Of a stretch of 64,000 nucleotides of DNA, positions 46,799-58,819 are shown piece by piece. Numbering within the stretch: position 1 is the first letter of the stretch; each line of letters begins with the position of its first letter. The notes beneath the pieces were generated by a model that was given only the letters and a program-made list of their open reading frames with translations, made no database searches and was not told where the DNA came from. Origin of the DNA: Myxococcota bacterium (GTDB lineage: Bacteria > Myxococcota_A > UBA9042 > PHBI01 > JAWLBL01); NCBI GenBank assembly GCA_041687695.1, contig JAWLBL010000007.1, forward strand, positions 160,001 through 224,000. The letters run 5' to 3'. The position numbers and the translations under genes were made by a program.

Positions 46799-48465
46799 TG
46801 CCAGGCGCTCTCGGCCGACAGGGTCGCGCCTATGGGGTCGGGCGAGAACGGCACGGGCAGGTCGATGAACCCCTCGGCGCCCGTAGTGCCCTTGGTCAGC
46901 AGCAGGGGGCCGTCCCCAGGCTCGCGGTCGGGGACCGCGACGAAGAGCTCGACCGTGACGTTCGGCAGCGCGGCCCCGTCGGGGCCGACGATGGTCAGCC
47001 GCGACAGCGAGGGCTCGGGCAGCGCGATGTCCAGGGTCGCCCCGGCGGTCGCGTCGTGATCGTGCACGGTCAGCGGCGGGGCGCCGGTGGCCGGATCGGG
47101 CGTGACGCGCAGGTCGTAACGGCCGGGGTCGACGCGCAGTTCGAAGGCGCCCCCGGGGCCGAGGGTCGTCTGGTAGGGCCCGCTGGGGATCGCCAGCGCG
47201 GACGCGCCCCCCTTGTCGCTGCGGCGCGTCGCGACGACCAGCCCGGTCTCGACCGGCGCCCCGTCGGCGTCGCGGACCAGGCCCGCGATGGGGGCCCGCA
47301 GCGGGAGGATCACCGAGATGGGCGCCACCAGCCCGCTCTCCTTGTCGGCCCCGGCGAGGTTCAGCTTGCCGTGCCACGAGGACCAGGGCAGGCCGGGCGT
47401 CGGGCTGACCAGGCACTCGTAGCCGCCGGGCAGCGCCGTGAAGGTGGCCAGCCCCTGCGCGTTCGTGGTGGCCGAGCGGCGCAGAGAGCCGCCCTCGAGC
47501 GTGCCGACGCAGGTCACGGACGTCTCGGGCATGGGCTCGAGGCCGCCGCCGTCGACCGCCGTGCGCTGGACGCTCAGCGTCGCCGGGAACTCGGCCGTGC
47601 CGGCGGGCAGGCTCGGGACGGTGACGTCGAGGCCCTTCTTCGGCGCGAGCGGCTCCGTCGTGTAGTCGGGGAACAGCGGCCCCTCGGCGGGCGCCTGCAC
47701 CTTCAGCCGGACCTCGGCGACGTGCTTGGGCAACGTCATCTCGAAGCGCCCGTACTGGCTCTCGGTCGTGACCGTCGGCCCGGGCTTTCCGTCCGGCATG
47801 ATGGCCGTCACGCGGGCGCCGCCGACGGCCTTGTAGTCGCTGAAGCGCACGAACCCATCCACCGTGGCGACCTCGCGCGGCAGCACGAGATCCACGACCT
47901 CCTCGGACTCGACCAGCTGCGACGGCTCGAGGATGAAGGTGTGCGAGGGCGTGTCCTTCCAGTCCGGTCGGAACGTCACCTCGTAGCGCCGCGCGGGGAG
48001 CAGGAGCAGCTCGTAGCCGAAGCCGTCGGTGTTCAGGCCATCGTGCGAGCGCGACGTGAACCGGTAGTCGAGCCCGGGGATGTCACCCAGGGCGCGGGCG
48101 TCCAGCTCGCCGGGGACGTTGACGGTGAAGGCGTCGTTCTCGAAGCGGACGAGGCCACGCAGGCGGACCGGCTCGAGCAGCTTGATGGTGACCGAGGGGC
48201 CCTGCGACAGGTCCAGGCTGGGCACCTGCTGCTGGACCAGCCCCGACCCGGCCGGCGGCGACAGGCGGACCTGGACCTGGAGCTGGTTGACCCCGGGCGC
48301 GACGCAGTGGCCGAAGGTGCACTGCCGCTCGGAGGGGCACTGGGAGTCGGTCGTGCAGGCCGGCGCGTCGTCGGTCTCGGCCTCGTAGCAGGCCGTCAGC
48401 GCCGCCGTCGCCAGGACGACCACGGCCGCCAGACCGGTCAGCGAGCGGATCGGCGCGCGCCTCAC
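46795..48465 (-). CDS. Lipoprotein with small Cys module and repeated beta-sandwich (carboxypeptidase-regulatory-like) domains
   Basis: Lipobox LTAC; CTTDSQCPSERQCTFGHC; repeated G.V..../T...G.F/PG.Y.L patterns. Confidence 0.7.
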   Translation of the reverse strand: MRRAPIRSLTGLAAVVVLATAALTACYEAETDDAPACTTDSQCPSERQCTFGHCVAPGVNQLQVQVRLSPPAGSGLVQQQVPSLDLSQGPSVTIKLLEPVRLRGLVRFENDAFTVNVPGELDARALGDIPGLDYRFTSRSHDGLNTDGFGYELLLLPARRYEVTFRPDWKDTPSHTFILEPSQLVESEEVVDLVLPREVATVDGFVRFSDYKAVGGARVTAIMPDGKPGPTVTTESQYGRFEMTLPKHVAEVRLKVQAPAEGPLFPDYTTEPLAPKKGLDVTVPSLPAGTAEFPATLSVQRTAVDGGGLEPMPETSVTCVGTLEGGSLRRSATTNAQGLATFTALPGGYECLVSPTPGLPWSSWHGKLNLAGADKESGLVAPISVILPLRAPIAGLVRDADGAPVETGLVVATRRSDKGGASALAIPSGPYQTTLGPGGAFELRVDPGRYDLRVTPDPATGAPPLTVHDHDATAGATLDIALPEPSLSRLTIVGPDGAALPNVTVELFVAVPDREPGDGPLLLTKGTTGAEGFIDLPVPFSPDPIGATLSAESAWQ

Positions 48466-49039
48466 TGGGCACCCACCGGCAGCGAACAGCAGCCCTCACC
48501 GACCGGGATCATCCAGTACATGCGCCGCAGATCGCCGTCCTCTGAGACCTGCCGGGCGCCGTCCGGGTTGAAGGCCACGGGGGGCCGGTCCATCATGAAG
48601 ACCTCGATCTCGTTGAGCCCCTCGCGCGAGTTCAGCGTCTGGCAGGGCACGAACGTGAACTCTTCGACGTCCGACGCGCTGATGGGGACGCTCTGGCCTT
48701 CGATGTAGTTGACGTACCAGAACACGAAGACGCGGTCGCCCTGGGGGTCGTCGACCGCGTTGGAGATGTCGAGGGTCACCGAGTCGCCCGCGCAGACCTG
48801 GGTCAGCAGATCCGGCGGCGGCTGCGCGAGCCGCTCGTCGACGAGCAGCGGGAGATTGACGTTTTCCTGCGGCTCCCAGTCGGGCAGCGGGCAGGCGGAG
48901 AGCGCCGAGGTCATCAACGTCATGGCCACGGGGTAAAGCAATCGGCGTGCCAGACCGGGCGAGCGCCGCGGCGCCGCTTGAACGGTGGCCGCGCCCCTGC
49001 GAGGGGCGTCGCCGCCGGTGCCCGACCCTGACAGCCGTG

Positions 49040-49043
<4 letters not shown>
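48462..49043 (-). CDS. Putative lipoprotein with Ig-like domain
   Basis: LSAC lipobox; DDPQGD..F.FW; start ambiguous (GTG 49043 coupled to the bEBP stop, or ATG 48923). Confidence 0.65.
48937..48952 (-). promoter_or_regulatory. Sigma54 (-24/-12) promoter, perfect consensus
   Basis: Minus strand TGGCACGCCGATTGCT = TGGCAC-N5-TTGCW. Confidence 0.65.
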
Positions 49044-50833
<1,790 letters not shown>

Positions 50834-50968
50834 GTCGCTCGCTTGGACGGTCGTGCTGCGGTCGCAGATGATACGTGCGTTGGCCCGGGGCGTCCACGAG
50901 GCTCGTCGCCGGACCGCCGGCGCACGGGCCGGCTGGGCCTCAACACGAGGCGAACCGCCGCCTATGCC

Positions 50969-51877
50969 TCAGAAGGTCGCGCCGACGCCCAGCCCGAGGT
51001 CGCCCGGGCCCGGCATCAGCCGCAGGGTCACGCCGGGGGCCGGCAGCTCGCGCGGGACCTCGTCCGGGCTCTCGAAGGGCTCGACCCGCTCCTCGACGCT
51101 CCGCGCCGGCGGCCGGTTCGTCAGCCCGTCGACGACGCTGTAGCCCCACGCGCCGACGAACACGGCGGTGCCGCCCCACCACAGCCCCTCGAGCAAGCTG
51201 GCCTGGCCCTGGTCGCGGTCGCTGACCTGGTTGGTGCCCGGGATGAGGTTGGCCTGCAGCCCGAAGTAGCTGGCGACGTTGACGGCGAGGCCGATGCCCT
51301 GCAGGACCGCGACCACCGTGCCCGTGGTGCGGTCGTCGTTGGCGAACTGGCCCACCCCGAAGGGGGCGAAGTAGGCGATGAGCGGCGCGCGGCGCAGGGT
51401 GACCGTGCGCACGAGGCGACCGGCCGGGGGGCCGTTGTCGGGGTCGGGGGGCACGTCGGGCGGCCGGCCGATGACGCCCTCGTCCTTGAGGAACTGCCGG
51501 TGCTCGTCGAAGAAGCGGACCAGCTCGGGCGGGTAGTACAGCTTGTCGAGCGGGTAGTTGGGCTCGATGCGCAGCAGGGCCGTGAAGGTGCGGCGCGCCG
51601 ACCCGTACAGGCCCAAAAACCACTGGCTCGCGCCGAGGCGCTCGAGGATGGTCAGGCGCATCCGTGGATCCTGGATGCGCGCGTCGTCGACCAGCGGCTC
51701 GAGCAGCTGGATCGTGCGCTCGAAGTTCTGGAAGCGGAAGGCCTCGTTGGCCTGCTCGAGGCGCTGCGCGACGTCCGACGTGACCGTCTGGGCGCGGGCG
51801 GGCCGGGACGACGGCGCGTCGAGCAGCGCGACCGCGGCGGCGAGGGCCGCGGCGACCCACGCGTGCCGAGGCCTCAC
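50969..51877 (-). CDS. Secreted TPR-like protein with hydrophobic C-terminal half
   Basis: Signal peptide, helical repeats, PFGVGQF motif, ends LGVGATF; GTGA coupled to the kinase. Confidence 0.65.
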   Translation of the reverse strand: MRPRHAWVAAALAAAVALLDAPSSRPARAQTVTSDVAQRLEQANEAFRFQNFERTIQLLEPLVDDARIQDPRMRLTILERLGASQWFLGLYGSARRTFTALLRIEPNYPLDKLYYPPELVRFFDEHRQFLKDEGVIGRPPDVPPDPDNGPPAGRLVRTVTLRRAPLIAYFAPFGVGQFANDDRTTGTVVAVLQGIGLAVNVASYFGLQANLIPGTNQVSDRDQGQASLLEGLWWGGTAVFVGAWGYSVVDGLTNRPPARSVEERVEPFESPDEVPRELPAPGVTLRLMPGPGDLGLGVGATF

Positions 51878-53661
51878 TCGAGCCTCAATACGAGCTGCGC
51901 CTTGGGCTTGATGATGAACGAGCGGTTCAGCAGGGTCTGCCCCGTGGCCGACGTGACCTTGATGAGCCCCGTGCGGGCCTCGTGCGAGGTCACCGGGATC
52001 TCATAGGTGCGGCCACAAGGTCCATAGGTCTTGTCGTTGATGATGACCGTGCCGTCGGCGCAGTCGATCTTCACGCGCGCCGGCGGGTAGCGATAGACGA
52101 AGTGAAATCGCTGCTTGTCGGCGGCCTTGACCTCGAAGCCCTGGACGTCGACGGCGTCGGTGAACTCGGGGTGGACCAGCTGGACCTTGTAGCGGCCGGG
52201 GCGCAGCGCCAGATCGCTGCCGGGCTGCACGGCCTTGCCCTCGACCCGCAGGCGCACGGCGGGCGGCTCGGCGCTGAGCCGCACCGGCACCGGCGGCTCC
52301 TTGATCTCGGGGGGCTTGGGGCGCTTGGGCGTGCGGAGCTGGGCCTGCCGGGCGACGACCTGGGCCGCGGCGACCACCATCACGGGCCCCGTGGCGCGGC
52401 CGGCGGTCGTGGGCGCCGGCGTCGGCGGCGTCTCGACGGGGGCGACGACCCGCTCGAGCCGCGGCGGCGTGACCGGCACGGGGCGCAGGGCCAGCGCGCG
52501 CCCCGACGCCCAGGGGGTCGGCTCGGGCTCGGGCATCAGCACGATGACCGCGACGGCGGCGGCGACCCCGACCAGCAGCCCTCCGGAGATGGCGAGCCCG
52601 CGCCGGACCTTCATCCCGGTGCTCAGCCGGCGGACGCGCTCGGCGGCCTCGTCGTGGTCGGGGTCGAGGGTCAGGACCCGGCCGTAGGCCTCGAGCGCCT
52701 TGTGGACCTGGCCGTCGGCGGCGAACTCGTGGGCGTTGGCCATGAGCGCCGCCACCAGCCGCTCGCCCAGGCGCCGCTGGTAGCCGTCGCGGTCCGCCAT
52801 GAACTGGGCCAGCTCGCCCTCGTAGTCGCGCAGGCCGCGCGCGGCGAGCCAGGCCTCGAGGTCGGCCGCGAGCGCCTCGATGGACGGGTAGCGCAGCTCG
52901 CGCTCGACCTGCAGGCAGCGCCCGATGATGCGCGCCAGCTCGGCCTCGACGTGCTCGTTGAGGCGCCGCGGGTCGTCGTAGCGCCCCTCGAGGATGCGCT
53001 TGAGGACCGCGTGGGGCGTGGTCGCGTCGAAGGGCAGGGCGCCGCCCGTCGCGACGACGAACAGCACCGTCCCGAGCGCCCACACGTCGGCCCGGAAGTC
53101 GAGCACGCGCGCGCCCTCGATCTGCTCGGGCGACATGTGGGCGGGCGAGCCGACCAGCGTGCCGGTGATGGTCATCGACTCGAGGCCGACGATCTGCGCG
53201 ATGCCGAAGTCGGTCAGCTTCACGACGCCGTCGCGGCCGACCAGGATGTTCTCGGGTTTGACGTCCCGGTGGATGATCTGGTGGGCGTGGGCGTGGGTCA
53301 GGGCCTGGGCCACCGCCACCACGATCATCGCGCCCACCTCGGGCAGCATCCGCGGCTCGGACCGGACCAGCTCCGACAGCGGCGCCCCCTGGACCAGCTC
53401 GGTCACCAGGTAGCTCAGCTCGGGCTCGTCGGCCGAGAAGTCGTAGATCTCGGGGATGTTGTGGTGCGTCAGGCGCGCCACGGCCCGCGCCTCGCGCGCG
53501 AATCGCTCGCGCGCGTCGGGATCTCGCGCCAGGTGGCGGTGCATGACCTTGATCGCCACGTCGCGGTCCAGGTTCTCGTCGTGACCGCGATACACGACGC
53601 TCATGCCGCCGTGCCCGATCTCCTCGAGGACCCGGTACTTCTCGATTCGTTCCCGCATCAT
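51874..53661 (-). CDS. Membrane Ser/Thr kinase (kinase, TPR, TM, PEGA-like extracellular domains)
   Basis: GHGGMS, VAIK, HRDVKPEN, DFG, GSPAHMSPE; TM helix; C-terminal beta domains. Confidence 0.88.
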   Translation of the reverse strand: MMRERIEKYRVLEEIGHGGMSVVYRGHDENLDRDVAIKVMHRHLARDPDARERFAREARAVARLTHHNIPEIYDFSADEPELSYLVTELVQGAPLSELVRSEPRMLPEVGAMIVVAVAQALTHAHAHQIIHRDVKPENILVGRDGVVKLTDFGIAQIVGLESMTITGTLVGSPAHMSPEQIEGARVLDFRADVWALGTVLFVVATGGALPFDATTPHAVLKRILEGRYDDPRRLNEHVEAELARIIGRCLQVERELRYPSIEALAADLEAWLAARGLRDYEGELAQFMADRDGYQRRLGERLVAALMANAHEFAADGQVHKALEAYGRVLTLDPDHDEAAERVRRLSTGMKVRRGLAISGGLLVGVAAAVAVIVLMPEPEPTPWASGRALALRPVPVTPPRLERVVAPVETPPTPAPTTAGRATGPVMVVAAAQVVARQAQLRTPKRPKPPEIKEPPVPVRLSAEPPAVRLRVEGKAVQPGSDLALRPGRYKVQLVHPEFTDAVDVQGFEVKAADKQRFHFVYRYPPARVKIDCADGTVIINDKTYGPCGRTYEIPVTSHEARTGLIKVTSATGQTLLNRSFIIKPKAQLVLRLE

Positions 53662-53827
53662 CCCCGGGGCCAGCCGTCACCCCCGACTCGCGATCGCGAC
53701 GGCTTGCATCGAGCCGCCGTGACCGCAATGATACCGGATGGTTTCAGGCTTTGGCCCCGGTGTAAAGGAGGCGAAGCCCCGCGTCCCGCCTTTCGAACGG
53801 GCCGGGCGGCCGCCGCCTCCCTCCGGC

Positions 53828-55618
53828 TCAGGTCGCCGCGGGCTTGCGCACCGCGACGTGCAGCTCCTGGAGCTGCGCCGGATCGACCTCGTTGGGCGCG
53901 TCCGTCATCAGGTCGGTGGCCTTCTGCGTCTTGGGGAAGGCGATGACGTCGCGGATCGAGTCGACCCCAGCCAGCATCATGATGAGGCGGTCCATGCCCA
54001 GGGCCAGCCCGCCGTGCGGGGGCGTGCCGAAGCTCAGCGCCTCGAGCAGGAAGCCGAACTTGGCCTCGGCCTCGTCGTGGCCCATGCCCAGCAGCTCGAA
54101 GATGCGCCGCTGCACGTCCTGGTCGTGGATTCGGATGGACCCGCCGCCCAGCTCCGTGCCGTTGAGCACGACGTCGTAGGCCAGCGCGCGCACCTCGCCC
54201 GGGGCGCTCTGGAGCTTGTCCATGTCCTCGGGCGCGGGGCTCGTGAAGGGGTGGTGCTTGGAGAAGTAGCGCCCGCCCTCGGTCTCCTCCTCGAACAGCG
54301 GGAAGTCGGTGACCCAGACGAAGGCCAGCCCCTCGGGGTCGATGAGGCCCAGCTTGTCGCCGACCGCCAGCCGCAGGTGGGCCAGCGCGTCGTTGGTGAC
54401 CTTGAAGCTGTCGGCGACGAAGCACAGGAGGTCGCCTTCGGCGAGGTCGCAGCGCTCGGTCAGCTCGGCCTTGACCGCGTCCGAGAAGAACTTGGCCGCC
54501 GGCCCCTGCCAGGCGTCCTTGAGGATCTTGACCCAGGCCATGCCCTTGGCGCCGTAGCGCGTCGCGACCTCGCCCAGCTTGTCGATCTCGGCCCGGCTCA
54601 GCGCCGCCCCGCCGCCCTTGGCGTTGAGCGCCTTGACCAGGCCGCCCGAGGCCAGGACGGACTTGAAGACCTGAAAGTCGCTCTTGGCGACGATGTCGCC
54701 GACGTCCTTCAGCTCGAGCCCGAAGCGCAGATCCGGCCGGTCGATGCCGTACTTGTCCATCGCCTCGCGGTAGGTGATGCGCGGGATCTCGGCGCCGATG
54801 TCGACGCCCTTGGCCTCGCGCCAGCAGGCCCGCAGCAGGCCGCCGACCAGGCTGAAGATGTCCTCGGGCGTGACGAAGCTCATCTCGAGGTCGATCTGCG
54901 TGAACTCGGGCTGGCGGTCGGCGCGCAAGTCCTCGTCGCGGAAGCAGCGGCAGATCTGGAAGTAGCGGTCGTAGCCCGCGACCATGAAGATCTGCTTGAA
55001 GGTCTGGGGCGACTGCGGCAGGGCGTAGAACTGGCCCGGGTGGACGCGGCTCGGGACCAGGTAGTCGCGCGCGCCCTCGGGGGTGCTCTTGGTCAGGATC
55101 GGCGTCTCGAGCTCGAGGAAGCCGTTGTCCGACAGGTAGTTGCGCGTCAGCTGCGCGACGCGGTGCCGCATGACCAGGTTGTCCTGGAGCGGGCGCCGGC
55201 GCAGATCCAGGTAGCGGTACTTCAGCCGCAGGTTCTCGTTGGCGTCGGTGTGCTCGCTGATCTGGAACGGCGGCGTCTTCGAGGAGTTGAAGATCTCGAG
55301 CTGGCTGGCCTCGAGCTCGATGGCGCCCGTCGCGAGGTTCGGGTTGGTGTTCGAGCCGCGGCTGGCGACCTTGCCGCGCACGGCGACGACCCACTCGGCG
55401 CGCAGGCGGTCGGCGCGCGCGTGGGCGTCGGCGTCGACGGCCGGGTCGAACTTGACCTGGGTGATGCCGAAGCGGTCGCGGAGGTCGACGAAGATGCAGC
55501 CCCCGTGGTCGCGGTAGTTCTGGACCCAGCCCATCAGCACGGCGGTCTCGCCGACGTGCGAGGCGCGGAGCTCGCCGCAGGTGTGGGTGCGCTTGAACTG
55601 GCTCAGGAACTGGCTCAC
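53828..55618 (-). CDS. aspS: Aspartate--tRNA ligase
   Basis: RTHTCGEL, LRLKYRYLDLRR, STPEGARDY, LPQSPQ, FRDEDLRADRQPEF, PPHGG. Confidence 0.96.
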   Translation of the reverse strand: MSQFLSQFKRTHTCGELRASHVGETAVLMGWVQNYRDHGGCIFVDLRDRFGITQVKFDPAVDADAHARADRLRAEWVVAVRGKVASRGSNTNPNLATGAIELEASQLEIFNSSKTPPFQISEHTDANENLRLKYRYLDLRRRPLQDNLVMRHRVAQLTRNYLSDNGFLELETPILTKSTPEGARDYLVPSRVHPGQFYALPQSPQTFKQIFMVAGYDRYFQICRCFRDEDLRADRQPEFTQIDLEMSFVTPEDIFSLVGGLLRACWREAKGVDIGAEIPRITYREAMDKYGIDRPDLRFGLELKDVGDIVAKSDFQVFKSVLASGGLVKALNAKGGGAALSRAEIDKLGEVATRYGAKGMAWVKILKDAWQGPAAKFFSDAVKAELTERCDLAEGDLLCFVADSFKVTNDALAHLRLAVGDKLGLIDPEGLAFVWVTDFPLFEEETEGGRYFSKHHPFTSPAPEDMDKLQSAPGEVRALAYDVVLNGTELGGGSIRIHDQDVQRRIFELLGMGHDEAEAKFGFLLEALSFGTPPHGGLALGMDRLIMMLAGVDSIRDVIAFPKTQKATDLMTDAPNEVDPAQLQELHVAVRKPAAT

Positions 55619-55778
55619 GCGTGGTCTCCCGGGTCGGGGCAGGGGTGGGGCAGGGGGCGCAGGCGGCCGGTGACGCTATCGCGGACGCCTCGGGAGGTCA
55701 CGCCTTTTGACCTTACGGCGGAATGGTGGCCGCGGCTCGGCCGTTGCGCGCGTCACCCCGTCCACCCCAGGAGCCCCC

Positions 55779-56969
55779 GTGTCCGCACGTCGCCTCGCCG
55801 TCGCCGCGCTCGCGCTGACCCTCACGGTCGCCGCCCCACGCGTCCAGGCCGCGCCCGCGCCGCGCCCGCACGCCGTCTTCACCGAGGGGCGGTCGGGCCA
55901 GGGCCAGCTGCGGATCGAGCGCGGCGTGCCCGTCCTGACCTTGCGTGGCACGCCGCGCGAGATGGGGCGCCAGCACGGCGAGCTGCTGAAGGACGAGATC
56001 CGGACCCTGTACGACGACTACCTGGTCGCCTTCGTCGGAGGGCCCGCCATGGCCCGAGTCGCTTCGGCGACCGCCTCGGCCACCCTGATGACGCACGTCC
56101 CGGACCGCTTCCGCGAGGAGATGGAGGGTTTGGCCGAAGGCGCCGGCCTGCCGATGGCGGCCGTCGTGCTGGCCCAGGCCTTCTTGGACCTGAAGAAGTC
56201 GGTGCAGTGCAGTACCCTCGCCGCGACCGGCCCGGCGGCGGCGGACGGAGAGCCGCTGCTGGCGCGCAACCTGGACTTCCCGTCGCTGGGGCTGGCCCAG
56301 CGCTACAGCCTGGTCATCGTGCGCGAGCCGGACCGCGGCCCCCGCACGGTCACCGTCGGCTGGCCGATGCTGCTCGGCACCCTGTCGGGCCTGAGCGAGC
56401 GCGGGCTGGCGCTGGCCATGATGGAGGTCTACGACGGCGGCACCTCGACGCTGTCGGGGATGCCCTACGCGCTGCTCTACCGGCAGACCCTGGAGGAGGC
56501 GACCACCGTCGACGAGGCGCTGGCCCACCTGGGCCGGGCGCGCCGGACCACGACGAACAACGTCACGCTGGTCGACGCGGCCGGGGGCGCCGCCGTGGCC
56601 GAGCTGTCGCCCGAGCGGGTCGCGATCCGGCGACCCAGCCAGGGCGTGGTCATGGCGACCAACCACTTCCGCGCCGAGCCCCACCGTCACGGCGAGGCCT
56701 GCCCGCGTTACGCGCGGCTGCGGCGGGACGCCCGCGAGCGGGCCCGCCCCTACACCGCGGCCGATCTCGAGGGCCTGCTGGCCGAGGTCGCCCTCGGCCG
56801 CGACAACCTGCAGGCCATGATCCTGATGCCCCGCGCGCGCGCCCTGAGGCTGGCCATCGGCCGGGCGCCGGCCGCCGCGGGGCCCTACGTCCTGCTCGAC
56901 CGGGGCCTATTGTTCGGACAGCCGCGGCCCTCGCCGCCGCGCTCCGACACCGCTGCCCCCGCGAGGTGA
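55779..56969 (+). CDS. Secreted C45-family Ntn-hydrolase (acyl-CoA:6-APA acyltransferase-like)
   Basis: Signal peptide, L.GTPREMG.QHG, autoprocessing QCST, ARNLDF, ATNHF; AGGAG SD. Confidence 0.78.
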   Translation: MSARRLAVAALALTLTVAAPRVQAAPAPRPHAVFTEGRSGQGQLRIERGVPVLTLRGTPREMGRQHGELLKDEIRTLYDDYLVAFVGGPAMARVASATASATLMTHVPDRFREEMEGLAEGAGLPMAAVVLAQAFLDLKKSVQCSTLAATGPAAADGEPLLARNLDFPSLGLAQRYSLVIVREPDRGPRTVTVGWPMLLGTLSGLSERGLALAMMEVYDGGTSTLSGMPYALLYRQTLEEATTVDEALAHLGRARRTTTNNVTLVDAAGGAAVAELSPERVAIRRPSQGVVMATNHFRAEPHRHGEACPRYARLRRDARERARPYTAADLEGLLAEVALGRDNLQAMILMPRARALRLAIGRAPAAAGPYVLLDRGLLFGQPRPSPPRSDTAAPAR

Positions 56970-56973
56970 CCCG

Positions 56974-57774
56974 ATGCCCGCCGCCAACGCCTGGAGCCCC
57001 GAGCAGTACGAGCGCTTCCGGAGTGAGCGCGAGCAGCCGTTCCACGACCTGGTCGCGCTGATCCGGCCGCACTCGCGCCCGGGCGAGCGCATGACCATCG
57101 TGGACCTCGGCTGCGGGACCGGCGCCTTGACGCGGCAGCTGCACGATCGCTTCCACGCGCTCGAGACCGTCGGCGTCGACAGCTCGCCCGCGATGCTGGC
57201 CACGGCGCGCGAGCGGGCGACCGACGGCGCCAGGGACCTGCACTTCGCCCAGGGGGACATCACGGCCTTCGCGCCCGAGACGCCCTTCGATCTCGTGTTC
57301 TCGAACGCGGCCCTGCACTGGCTGCCCGACCACCCGCGGCTGTTCGCGTCACTGACCTCGGCCGTGGCGCCGCACGGGCAGCTGGCCGTGCAGATGCCCG
57401 CCAACGACGACCACCCGGCCTGGCGTCTGGCCGCGATCCTGGCCCGCGAGGAGCCCTTCACCTCGGCGATGGACGGCTGGTTTCGGCAGAGCCCCGTCCT
57501 GCCACCCGAGCACTACGCGCTGCTACTGCGAGACCTCGGCTACGCCCAGCAGCAGGTCCGCCTGCAGGTCTACCTGCACGAGCTGCCCGACCGCGACGCG
57601 GTCATCGAGTGGGTCCGCGGCGCGCTGCTGACCGCCTACCAGGAGCGGATGCCGGTCGATCTCTTCGCCGAGTTCCTCATCGAGTACGGCCGCCGCCTAC
57701 GCCAGGCCCTGCCCGACACGCGGCCCTACCTGTTCCCGTTCAAGCGTCTGCTGTTGTGGGCGCGCAAGCCCTGA
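56974..57774 (+). CDS. tam: Trans-aconitate 2-methyltransferase-like SAM-dependent methyltransferase
   Basis: W.PEQY.RF..ER..PF.DL, DLGCGTG, FSNAALHWLPDH, AVQMP.N, FPFKRL. Confidence 0.85.
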   Translation: MPAANAWSPEQYERFRSEREQPFHDLVALIRPHSRPGERMTIVDLGCGTGALTRQLHDRFHALETVGVDSSPAMLATARERATDGARDLHFAQGDITAFAPETPFDLVFSNAALHWLPDHPRLFASLTSAVAPHGQLAVQMPANDDHPAWRLAAILAREEPFTSAMDGWFRQSPVLPPEHYALLLRDLGYAQQQVRLQVYLHELPDRDAVIEWVRGALLTAYQERMPVDLFAEFLIEYGRRLRQALPDTRPYLFPFKRLLLWARKP

Positions 57775-57853
57775 GCGGGCAGCCTCCGGGCGACGCGCCG
57801 CCTTTCGAAAGCGAAACAGGCGGCCCCGACCGAAGTCGAAGCCGCCTGCGTCG

Positions 57854-57930
<77 letters not shown>

Positions 57931-58031
57931 ACGGGGCGCTCACTCTATCGGGGCCGTCTGCGCAGGACGACGCCCGTCGTTCGAAAGAGAAACAGGTGAC
58001 TTCGACCGAAGTCGAAGCCACCTGTTCCAGG

Positions 58032-58108
<77 letters not shown>

Positions 58109-58129
58109 ACGAACGATTCGGTTTTTCAG

Positions 58130-58202
58130 TGGGCGAAACAGGGTTCGAACCTGTGACCCCCTGCTTGTAAGGCAGGTGCTCTCCCGGCTGAGCTATTCGC
58201 CC
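58130..58202 (-). tRNA. tRNA-Val (UAC), CCA not encoded
   Basis: GGGCGAATAGCTCAG..CCTTACAAG..GGTTCGAACCCTGTTTCGCCCA followed by CTG. Confidence 0.94.
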
Positions 58203-58232
58203 GCAGAGGGCTCCCCGGCGAGGGCGAGGCGG

Positions 58233-58261
58233 GTTATGACACCGGCTCTCCGGGGTGTCAA
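58233..58261 (-). promoter_or_regulatory. Sigma70 promoter of the tRNA operon
   Basis: TTGACA-N17-CATAAC. Confidence 0.65.
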
Positions 58262-58406
58262 CGGAAAAAACGACAGGGGACCGTCACGTCCGGCGACGGG
58301 TCCGACCGGGCCCGGGCGACCGACGAGAGGCCAGGGGGGCTGGATACACGAAGACCCCGCCGAAGCGAGGTCCCCGAGGGCGCGGGCCGGTCCCCGCGAG
58401 GATGTC

Positions 58407-58773
58407 TGGTGGAGGCGCGGGGAGTCGAACCCCGGTCCGAAAGCGATCCGTACTCGAGCGTCTACGTGCGTAGGTTCCGTGATTTAATCTGAGCTCCGGG
58501 ACTCCCACGGGCAGGATTCTCGGCGCCGATCCTCAGTGTATCTCGTCCCTGGCTGCTGAGGCGCCGGTCAGGGACCAGCCTGCTTTTAATATAGCAGTCG
58601 CATCCGTCGCCACAGGCAGGCTACGAAGTGACCGCCTCGCTAGGTTTTTTAGGCCGCGAGGGCAAACGCGTTGTCGTTGGCGTTTGTAGATCCCTACCGT
58701 TTTTGACCGGGTCGATAGGATCCCGGGCACGCAACTCGGACTTCAGCACCCCCGTCGAAACCTGTTCGCCCCC
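58407..58773 (-). ncRNA. ssrA: tmRNA
   Basis: 5' GGGGGCGAACAGGTTTCGAC, 3' GGGGTTCGACTCCCCGCGCCTCCACCA; tag ORF ANDNAFALAA* at 58649-58681. Confidence 0.95.
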
Positions 58774-58791
58774 ATAGCGAACGACTCGCCA

Positions 58792-58819
58792 ACTATAGGG
58801 CGCGCGGCCCGGCGGTCAA
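58792..58819 (-). promoter_or_regulatory. Sigma70 promoter of ssrA
   Basis: TTGACC-N16-TATAGT. Confidence 0.6.
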